DNA of 62,342 bases, counting the filler, from Platydemus manokwari (taxonomy: Eukaryota), in the NCBI GenBank assembly GCA_037951405.1. It is 6 parts of 6 records of this genome, joined end to end, with 100 filler letters (N's around TTAATTAATTAA, not from the genome) between each part and the next. Parts side by side here need not be neighbours in the genome. Positions count along the whole stretch, not along the records: positions 11,643 to 21,479 come from JBBMOY011198432.1; positions 21,580 to 31,679 come from JBBMOY011169656.1; 4 more parts are not named here. The stretch is one strand, 5' to 3'. The notes under the pieces were generated by a model. That model ran no database searches and had not been told where the DNA came from. It worked only from the letters and a program-made list of their open reading frames with translations. Shown here in pieces: positions 12,406 through 23,053 of the stretch. How positions within the stretch are numbered: the first letter of the stretch is position 1; each line of letters begins with the position of its first letter. Made by a program: the position numbers and the translations under genes.

Positions 12406-15400
12406 TTAATTCTCATATTCATTTGCTATTAATTGCACTCCCCCGACTTTATCAATTATTTGATTATCTATTAGGTTTATAGTTGTTTGCAACGTCGTTA
12501 TCATTTTTCCAGGTGTTTTCTTTTCATTCATTATTTTTATAACTTCCTTAGCTGTTTCCTTATCTGATATTTTATTGCTTATTCGATTTATCTCATCCTT
12601 ATATTTACTCGTGCAATGGTCTAATGTCTTTATATGCAATTTCTCATTGTTATCTAAGGCGCTGGTTTGGCCACTAAGGGCTTGTAAATATTGTTTAATT
12701 TTCTCCTTAACTTCCTCTTTCTGATTAAATTCTTTTATTGCCTGTTCATGTGTTTCATTTTTTTCTAATGCGAGGATTTCGTCACTGAGTGTTTGTGTTT
12801 TATATTTGATTCTTTAGATGGTATATCCTTTTCGTTTAAATTTGTGGGATCATCAAAATTTGTGATTTTATTATTAATTTTATTCTTAACTCCTGGGGGC
12901 CTTCCTTTAGTTTTTCTAGTCGTTGTTTCTTGATCTCTTAATTCCTTATTATTCTTTATTTCTTTTTCTGTTTCAGTTTCCTTTTCTATCTTATCTTCTT
13001 CTCCTTTTCCTTACTCATTTTCTTAACCTATCTTCTTCTATATGTTTTCTTTGAACTTCTTGTTCTATTATTTCTCCATTGTCACCATAATTATATGTTA
13101 TCAATTGATTTATTGGCTCATTTATTACTTGAAACATTCTTGATGTTGATGGCATACATTCTTTTCTTATCATGTTCTGGTAATAATCATATACAACTTG
13201 TGGTATATAACCATAATTATTTTGTGGTTGAAATTGAGGTGGGAATATTGGTTGTTGCTGGATATGATATTCTTTATATATTATTTCTTCTTCTAATTTA
13301 TCTTCTTCATTATTCATTTCCGGTGTTGTTAAATTTATTTCTTCTCGGTATGGGTAAATTATTTTCTTGATTTCCAAAATATTTTGATTTCCAAAGCATG
13401 GATTATGATATTGTCATTCTAAACATCCCATAAAATTTCCTAATTCATCTTGTTGTTTTCTTATTTGCTTATTCACCTTATATATTTCTGGTGATTCTAT
13501 TAATTTCATGAAATCCTTTCCTGATGATTCAGTATCTTCTACATTTTTGACTTCCTTTTTCTTCTTTTTCTTCTTTAATGCTTCTCTTTTTTCATCAATG
13601 CTTTTATCATCCCCACTTACTACTTTATCTATTATTTCATCCAAGTCTACTGACCATTGTTTATTAACTTTTCTTTCTCTTTTTTCTACATTTCTTCATT
13701 TCTATTTTTCCTGATTCATCGATTTTATCATTCATTGTCTCTTCCTTTTCTTCGCATCTTGTATTGGTGCTATTATGTTTACTATTATTACGTTGACCTC
13801 ATCTTCTGATAATACCTTTTTTAGTTCTTCTTCCTCTATTAAAATTCGTTGTTTGTATTTCATTATTATCTTATTTAATCCCCATTCTCTTCTATTTAAA
13901 TGTTGTTCTTCTATTTTTCTCTTCAAATGTTTTACTTCTTTCTTTTTCTTAATTAACTTATAATCCCCTAAATCGTCCCTGTAACTTTTCAACACTTCTA
14001 TTTTTATTATATATATATTTATCTTCTTCACTTATCAACCCTATTTCTATACTATTCCATTCTGTTGGTTCTAAACTATAGTGCCAAAATTGATAATCGT
14101 CATCCAATATCCTCCAGACATCCTCTTTCTTTCCCTTATGCTCATATTTTAATTCTATCCTTCTTGGTATGCTTTTCCATCTTATATATATTTTTCTTGC
14201 GGTAATCCTGTTTGTTTAGATTTCCAGTTTTTGAACCATTTGATGCATTTCCACTTATTCTAAATTCTTCTATTTTTTCTTTCCCCTTATATTTAGTCTT
14301 AATTGGTATACAGGGGCGGACAATAACCATATTGGTAATTTAATATTATCTTCATCGCGAGTAATTCTTTAGTCCCAAGTTCTCATTACTGCTATTATTT
14401 TATTTTTCTAATTTCCTCTTATTCGATAGTATCCTATTTGTTTTTCATTATTCATGAATACTCCTTTTGTCATTAATTCCAATGTTATTCCTAATAAAGG
14501 CTCACCTTTTCTCATTAACATTCATACATCAACCTTATATGTCATTTTGCTGATTCCCTCTCTTTTAAATGGCCAGATTCGATCTATCTCAAATTTTAGG
14601 TAGTCTACGGTTGCTGTATCTTTTACTATTATTGTCTATATTGTTTCATTGCCTGTGTTGTCTATCATTTTAACTTCTATCTCAATTTTGTTCTCCTGCC
14701 TGATTTCTTCTTCACAGATTTTTATATTTATCTTCTACTGTCTCCATGGAACTGCTGTTGTTGTATTTTGTTTTTCCATCATGACTTTTATTTCTATTAC
14801 ATTTATTTCATCTTTCTTAAATATATTTTTTATTTTAATCTTATTATCCACTTGTTCTTGATTATGGTATATAATTATTTTTTCATCATTCTTTTTATAA
14901 AAATATAGTTCCTGTATTGCTTCTTGCACTTCCCTTATAGTTCGAATTTCTAATATTGATTTATATTCCTTAATTCTATCAGTGTAATAATTGGGTTCTA
15001 TAATTATTTTAACTCTGTAATGTGCCCATTCGTCTTCTATTAATGTGATCGATATCTCATTCTTATAATATACATTCAACGGATAATACCAAAATTGGAG
15101 GTCTTCGTCTAAAATTCCCAATTTTCCTAACTCTAATTCTCTTTCTAATGTGTATTTCCTTTCTTCTTGCCTATATCGTTCTTTTCTCCATCTTATTACA
15201 TATTTATCTGGTGGTTTTTCTTTTTGTTTACCCATCCATTTTCTAAACCATTGTATTGATGTACTTTTATTAACTTTAAACCTTATTTTCTTCCTTTCGT
15301 CGTATGTATCTTTTCATATTGTTATTTCTAACTCATATACTAAATTCCCTGTATTTTCGTTGATCCTCTTATCCACTTACTACCATATTTTCCTTCATTT

Positions 15401-17352
15401 ATTTTCTTGTCGTAAAAGTCCATGGTCTCATCATGGCCGTAACCTTTATCCTTATCTATTAGGAAGAAACTTAAGTGTTCTCTATACATGATCAACTCCT
15501 TCAGCCATTAATTCTAATATTTTTCCTATTGTTTCTATTTCTATGTTTGTACAAGTTTGTCCTGATACTGTTCCAACTCTATTCTCTCCAAATTTCCTTT
15601 CGTCTCTCTCAATTGGCCAAATTTGTGCTTATCCTAACTTGTTTATTAGTTTCCTCATCATTTTTACCTATCATTTTAACTTCAACATCAGCTTTTCCTT
15701 TAGCTGCTATTCTTCTTCTACTCCATGCTAAACCTATTGCTGATTGTGTTACTAACGATTGACTTATTCCATATTCTTCTCTATTCATCATATTTATTTG
15801 CTTATTTCCCTTATCTCTTTCTTTTATTTTACTAATTCCATCTTCTGGTATGTATGGTATTTGTATCATTCCGTCCTTAACTACTGCTTGTGGATGTAAT
15901 GCTTTAATAAATTGTTCCTCTGTTTAAACCATGTTTGATCTATTCCTTATTGTTAACAGTTCATTATTTTCATCAGCATAGTATTCTCCTAAACACTTCC
16001 ATCCTAACATTCTTTTACTTCCTTGCATCATTTTAACTTTTCCCCTTATCTTATTAAATTCCTCAGGCCAATCCAAAATTAATAATTTTTTAAATAATTG
16101 TACTGATGTTTTCAACAGTAATGTTTCTCCTTTTATTACCTTTTCCCTGTATTGTCATAGATTATTAATTCAAATTTTCCCATTTTTTCTTCAAATGTAT
16201 TTGTTATTATTTCAGGTTTAATGATATCTCTTCCTTTAAGTCTTTCCCGTTTTTTTTGTTTCCATAATTAAATATATTTTCCTTGCTCACTCCACCTAAT
16301 TAATTTATGTAATTGATATAATATTATTTTAGTCATATGCATTTCCCTTAATTTATTCCTTATCCTAAATTTTTGTCCCACTAAACAATATCTATTATCT
16401 CATTATACAGTATATCCTTGATATAAATTAATAAATTTCCATGTTAGAACTTCAGCTGCTCATCTATAGGCGTTCATTTTTATCATCCCCACATTTATTA
16501 ATTTGTTTTCCATTTTTAACCTAACACATAACCAGATGAATTTTTTTGCCATTGCATGATTTTCCTTGCGTCGTCGTTTTTTCCATTTGCCTTTTACTCT
16601 TATATCCCTATGTTGTAATGTTATTTCTATTATCGTTGCCGTGTTTGGCCTTATATATTCAGATTGTAATATTTGAATTATGATTTTAATTCTTTCCCCT
16701 TCACTTGTATCATCTTGATTTTTAAACCAGTTTAATCTTATAATTTCTATTACTATATCGTTTTTATTTTCATTTAATGCCATACCGTACATGTGTCTTA
16801 ATGTATTTACATTATGCCTATTTTTCTGCCTTATAACACATTCATTCCATAATATATCATTATCCTCATGATTTTTTATTTCTCCAAATTCCTTATGAAA
16901 TTTTTCTAATTCATTCTAAAACTCATTCATATACTCATTTTCATACTCGTAGACATGTGTGTGTTGCTTATATTTTACATGCATCCTGATTTTACGTTCT
17001 TTTATTTCATTATCTTTTATTTCATCTTTTAAATTTTCAAATTCCTTTTTTGGCAATAGCTTTTTTAATTTGTTAATTTTATAACTTCAGATATTGATAA
17101 TATTCTTCCTTCTTTCATTCCTTTTAATGGTAATAAATTTTCTATTAACTCATTCTCTATGTCAATTCTTGATTTTATTTCTTCAATTTCATTGTTTGTT
17201 AATTCACTGTTATTCTCATTTAACTCATAATTTATTATTTCGTTACTATCTTCATTATTAACTATTTCAATATTTTCCTCAACTATCTCGTCATTATTCT
17301 CTATTTCACTAACATATGCAGAACTAGTTTCAGGAAATTCAAAATTATCCAA
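12406..17352 (-). pseudogene. Decayed accessory coding region of the LTR element (unknown function; putative ubiquitin/SUMO-like modules, AT-hook-like motif, charged low-complexity tracts)
   Basis: Near-continuous chain of minus-strand ORFs (17065-17352, 16460-16792, 15924-16115, 15609-15869, 14735-15235, 13732-14031, 13414-13644, 13015-13377, 12406-12639) separated by stops and frameshifts. Confidence 0.55.
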
Positions 17353-17534
17353 TAATTTAAGTGAGATGTTTAATCAGAATTAAATATCAATTTAATTCAA
17401 AACAATTTGAATTCACATTTTATTCAGACTTAATTTTAATTTTATAAAAAATTTAATTAATGTAAAATTAGAATTGTTTATTTAAATATTAGGATTTAAA
17501 ATAGATTGTTTGTGTCTTGACTTTTAGTTCAATT

Positions 17535-18917
17535 TTAATGTGTGGTTTTTAAAATAGTAGCGGCTAACAATTTATTTTCATTAACATCACTATTACAACC
17601 ATTACTATCATCGAATTCGCATAAATCACTTATTTCACTATTACAACTGCTATGATCAACATTATCTTCATTATTATTATCAATTTCAACTTCCTCATTA
17701 TCAATTAACTGCGGGCCACCGGAATTTGCATCAGACTTACTAACCTTAATATCATTATCAACTTCAATTTCTTCATTAGTGACTTTAAATCCCCCAATAT
17801 CAACTTTAAATTTCTCATCAACTTTGAACTGTAATTCAGGTGCAACATTAATGAAATGACTTTCCGTCATCACATTCTCTATTATCTTCTTACTCCTATA
17901 TTGCTCAATTACTTCCTTATTAGCTAACATACAAATTTCCCTATTATTTTCCCTATTTGACCCATAAATCACTGCAACTCTTTTAGCTTTTTGTATTAAC
18001 TCATCAAAGTTTTTATATTCCGATAATGCTTTTAGCCTTCTTAATAGGGGTATTATTCCCCTTTTAAATTGATCTATAATCATTTGCTCGCGACCCTCAA
18101 CAGATACATATTTTCCATAAGCCTTAACTACGAATTCTTTTAGTGCCATTGAATATTCTCCAACACTCTCTCCAACATTTGATATCTATCATTAAATTGC
18201 TTAACATAAAATTCATGTACATCATCCTCCATAACTAATTTGCTTTTTAATTCCTTAACTAAATCCTTATAATTTTTGATTTCACTAAAATTCAATCCTT
18301 GAAATGTTTGTAACGCGTATGATTTTAAATACAATGACAGCCTTTGAAACTGCTCTGCCTGTGCCCAGCTATATGCTTCAGTCAATCTATCATATTCATT
18401 GAAGAAATCATCAAACCCTTCTTGTTTTCCATCATAGGGATTAATTGGTATATATACATTTTTGTTATTCATTATTACTTCATTCATTTTATCTAATGGT
18501 GCTTTACAATTTATAATTATCTCACTATCTATATCAACTTGGATGCCTGTTTCAATTATTTCACTATCAATTTGGGTGCTCATATCTTTACAATTATCTT
18601 TATCAATTATTATTATTATCTTTATTAATGGTGCTTATTTCTTCAAAATTATCCTCTAATACTACTGTAGAATTTGAACTACTTGTTTCAGGTAAATTAC
18701 TACTACTGGGTTCTATCGATTCAATATTATTACTATAATTTTCTTTACTGCTATTTTCTAATTCACTTTCACTACTAGAATAATTTCCAATTTCACTATT
18801 AATTCTTCTTTTTCCTAATTTCTTATTCACTATATCCAAATTTTCTAATAAATTGCTTTTGCATGCGTAACGTAATTGTCTATTGGATTTGTCTAATATC
18901 AAATTTCTTTTATTCAT
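17535..18917 (-). pseudogene. Gag (Ty3/Gypsy retrotransposon capsid), frameshifted near 18600 and 18150
   Basis: PYDGKQEGFDDFFNEYDRLTEAYSW...LSLYLKSYALQTF...YKDLVKELKSK...FNDRYQ, then ESVGEYSMALKEFVVKAY...IIDQFKRGI...NFDELIQKAKR. This is the typical CA N- and C-terminal domain pattern. Confidence 0.85.
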
Positions 18918-19359
18918 ATGCGCTCAATGCGGATTTCAAATTATCAGTTTTATCGCTCAATGCGTCAATTTATCAATTTAATAGCGCTTAAAAATCCTAT
19001 TGAACAGACAAAATTTTGCTTTATGATCACGTCAACCGCCAAATTTTTGAGCCCCTTCAATGTGAAATCAAATTTCAATTAAAATTAAACTACCCAAGTC
19101 TATTAACACTTTTTGCAGATTTTAATCAACACTTTTCGGGGAACAATCAATGCTTATTACGAACAGACTTATTAAGTTATCACTCTCTTTACTAAATAAT
19201 AACACTTAGAGCCGGGTGTAGACCTCTCAAATTGTTAACTTTGTTACTATAAAGTTGAAAACCTTAATCTGTATTTATTCTTTTTATATACCGAAGTTAC
19301 TTATTATGCGTCGCTAAACTAGCTCTCCGGTTCACGCAATAAAAACGCGCTTTAATTAT

Positions 19360-19500
19360 CAAATTTATCAAAAGCTTTATCGCTTAACTTTAATTTCAAT
19401 TTGTCAATATTAGCTCCTCGGCTTAATTTCAATTTATCAAATTTGTCAATAGCTCTTTGGCTCAAATTAACTTTTTCAATAGCTCTTTATCTCAATTCTA
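19360..19500. repeat. Degenerate short tandem repeats in the retroelement 5' leader
   Basis: Recurrent ~30-40 nt unit of the form tcaat(a/t)agctc....gct(c/t)aa(t)ttcaattt. Confidence 0.6.
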
Positions 19501-19922
19501 TTTCTTTTACTTTATCTATTAGGATTCTAATAATTTCCAATTTCACAAATTTACCTATCTGTAACTTTAACTTATCAATTTTTAAATTCACAATTATATC
19601 GATTTAAAAACTTCACAATTCAGCACCAGTTATCCAATTATCGGTCTTGTTCAAATTTAATACTTAATGTTTAAACCTTAAGAATTCACTCAGATTCTCA
19701 AAATTTCACTAATTATTTTCACTTTTACACTAAATTTCTCCTTTCTCAAACACCAGTTGATGTTAACTATTTATGGTTTCAAACTTTTAATAATTCTTTA
19801 ACAAAGATTTCTCCTTACTCGGGCTTACCAATTGATGTTAAATTTTAAAACTTTTAATAACTTTTAGCAAATTTGTCCTCACTCAAAGGTTTATAATTTT
19901 ATTAACTTTTTAAAAGGAATTC

Positions 19923-19940
19923 TCCTCACTCGGGGCACCA
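19923..19940 (-). promoter_or_regulatory. Primer-binding site complementary to elongator tRNA-Met 3' end
   Basis: Minus strand TGGTGCCCCGAGTGAGGA versus the animal tRNA-Met(e) PBS TGGTGCCCCGTGTGAGGA (one mismatch, recalled sequence). It lies 2 nt after an ...ACATCA LTR end. Confidence 0.8.
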
Positions 19941-19942
19941 GT

Positions 19943-21025
19943 TGATGTATTTCAAGCTTGTTAATTTAATTTTTGTTTTAATCAGTCTCAATAAATTACT
20001 ATGATTTTGCTCACGGATCACTGTTGTCTTGATCAATCTCAAATGAGTCTTAATCAAGCCCGAGGTACACTCTATTAAACCTCATTTCTATAACTATATT
20101 TATCTCGCAATCAAAACTATATGAAAATAGAAATGATTGGGAACAATGATCCAAAGTGTGTAATTTAAACCTTTGAGTCTCAATTATGTTATAAATATTT
20201 TGCCTCAATTTATCGATCAACAATGCAACTCCTTCTACAACTAAACGTTTATTATATAAAACCAAATTACAGTTTGCAATACAATATACGCCAAATATAA
20301 AAATGTTGGATCAACGGCTACGCTTACAATTCCAGATGATAGCGATTTATACCTCCTTATCTTGGATTAAAACCGGTTACCAAAGATGTTTTTGAGCACG
20401 GCTCTATATTAAAATGATGAACGAGACGTACTATAGATACAAATCAGTTGTTTACAAAATGATTTAACTTACTAATTGGAAAATGGCAAATGGTATTGAT
20501 ACATTCTATTGACGATCAAATTTTCTAATGAACTTCACGCACAGTGGTTTCAAAATTTAAAATGGGCTAAATGAAATAAAGGGCGAGTTCTGATGTTTCG
20601 AAGTCCTATTTATAGGGAATTTTATTCGTTAGGTTTTAAATGCTTTATCTCGCTACATTATATTTTATTCCCCATGGATTTCCCGATATTTCTAATGATT
20701 TTCCCTTAATTATAAAATTTTATTGTTGAAGATATCATAAATTTGTGTCAATAAAATTTAAATATTTCCCTTTGAATATTATTCTTATTTTATTACTTCC
20801 TTTTAATGTCATTCCAAATGATACATCGTTGATAATTTAAATTAAATATAAATTATTGATATTATTATTATTATTATTATTTACACTTTTAATTTACCGC
20901 TTATCATGAATTAACCAAAAATAATACATTTAAATATATGTAAAAATGTATCAAAAAACAAACAATAAATCGCCTAAATATTCAGACGTTGTTACCAAAA
21001 ATACATCGTTACTTTTAATGTAACA
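19943..21025 (-). repeat. Putative 5' LTR (~1.1 kb; outer boundary tentative)
   Basis: Ends in CA next to the PBS. Contains CCTATAAATAGG at ~20605-20616. Candidate TGTTAC start at 21025. No partner LTR was seen in the window. Confidence 0.55.
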
Positions 21026-21479
21026 AACTTTATTCCTCAGGTGTGTCCAAGAAAATGTTAATTTGTTTGACTACATAGTTAATTAAAACTATTATTATTA
21101 TCTATTTTAAAACTACATTTATAAATAAATGCTTTGTTTAGCTTATAAGTTAGTTTTACAATTTACCCTAGGGGGATTTCAATAAAACATTACAAATAAC
21201 TACGAACAAAAGTATTATTAAACATAAAATATTATTAGAGTGTTCAATGTTATTTTCAGCTTGATTGGCCCAATCACCAACAAAACATTGATAATAATTA
21301 GACATTATTGGAAATATTTTGTCTTTATCTACCTATTCTAACCACTATCTCGTCATAAATCCTTTCATTATATTGAATTATTAATATAAAATATTTCAAT
21401 ATATACAACTTTTCAAATATAATTATACAAAATTTAGCTTCTTAATAAAACGTTATAGAAAACTGAACACCAAAACACG

Positions 21480-21579
21480 NNNNNNNNNNNNNNNNNNNNN
21501 NNNNNNNNNNNNNNNNNNNNNNNTTAATTAATTAANNNNNNNNNNNNNNNNNNNNNNNNNNNNNNNNNNNNNNNNNNNN
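21480..21579. other. Artificial assembly linker
   Basis: Same 100-bp N/TTAATTAATTAA/N spacer. Confidence 0.97.
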
Positions 21580-23053
21580 ATAGGTGTGTGTGTTATGAAT
21601 ATTATGCTTAATGATAATACTCTGCTTCACTATGTGGTTCAAACAAATTCGAGAATAAATAAATCACAACTTTTTGTCAAATCGCATTAAAATTCATGGA
21701 TCATAAATGAAGAGACCTTTTCAGATCAATATATTACTAACTATTGCACGACTTAAGTTGTCATGAAATGTTTAGTGACGGTACAAATGAATATCTGTTT
21801 CTATGAACAAGCTATTCCTTCCAACCAGCCTGGTTAAATTGAGAATGTTTATAAAGCTTTTTCAGAATATATTATTTCCTTCTGTCGTTAAAGTTCGGTG
21901 AAGAGTGAGTGTGGATCCTTAAACCAACCACGAAAGATAAACCTTTTAAGAGAACCAACACTTATTTGTAAGCGTTATTTATTTATAAATATTTTTCATC
22001 GTTGTTTTCACTGGATTATCAAATGATATTTTAATGATCAAAACTTATATTTCACATTAGATTTTAAGAATGGCCAAGCAGTCAGTCTTAAACTGTAATG
22101 AAAGAATCTCTCTCATTACATCACTGTGATAGAAATTTGTATGCTACTGACAATTTATTGAGCATAATCCTGTATATTGCTGGGAGAAATAGCCGTATCA
22201 TTTTCCAAATATTATTCTCTTAGACTAAAATAAAACATTTTCTCGACAATAAACAATTCAAAATTTTATGATCGACACTTGGCCAGAGCTGCTGTATCCA
22301 CACGACAAATAAATTCTCATTTCATTATGACCACACTTACTTGAACATAAAAATTTGCAGCTTTCGAAAATTAACAGATGGCCCATTAAAATTTCTTTCC
22401 ACACACAACAAATGCGATTTCATTTCATCTGTTCATATTACTATAGTTGAAGAATTTGTACCGGTTTTCTCTAAGTTATATTTTCTTATTTTGCTCAATT
22501 GATTTCGTCAGACTCATACAGATCCTAATTTTCACTTAAAAACCTAGCAATAAAGAGTTAGCGGCACTCGCTGATAGCTTTTCTAATGCTTTTAACGATT
22601 AATATAAACAAAATTATCGATTTCATGTAAAAAATTTACCGAATCATAGAATTAACATCAAAACTTATTCCGTTAATTATCATCATTTCCATTTTATTTC
22701 AAATTATATTTATCGATCCCTGGTGTGAAATTCAGAGTTTTCTAATTAGTCGATATCGATATGGGACATCGAAGTTGTGATAATCAACAACTGATATGGG
22801 AGTAAATTTATTTAAAATTTTCCCCCAAAAAGTATTTTGTCTGCACTGCAAATATTTTATTTTATCTTATTGACAGACCACGTAAGAATTTATGATTATT
22901 ATCAAGCTTCTCTGAAGTTATTTTAAATTGATTTTTAAAATAATTTTGATCATAAAAATGAGGATAATAATAACGATTATGTATATATCATTGGTGATGA
23001 GATTTGGTATGGCCAAATTTTGTGTAACTACATTTTGTTCTTCCGTATTTCAG

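Larger units (their letters stand above)
11643..21025 (-). mobile_element. Gypsy-type LTR retroelement with gag, long accessory coding region and env-like gene, no recognisable pol; 3' end truncated at linker
   Basis: Order on the minus strand is LTR (TATA CCTATAAATAGG), then tRNA-Met PBS, repetitive leader, Gag capsid, ~5 kb of same-strand decayed ORFs with strong strand skew, and a signal-peptide glycoprotein-like ORF. Confidence 0.75.

Noticed and set aside
13095-15762. Plus-strand hydrophobic Phe/Leu/Ile/Ser-rich ORFs that look like membrane proteins
   Set aside because: Antisense shadows of Lys/Glu-rich minus-strand coding sequence.
19923-19940. Possible tRNA-Met gene
   Set aside because: Only the 3' 18 nt including CCA match; no cloverleaf, so it is a PBS.
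19730-19950. Repeat-spacer pattern resembling a CRISPR array
   Set aside because: Eukaryotic context, degenerate repeats, spacers similar to each other and no cas genes; explained as PBS duplications.
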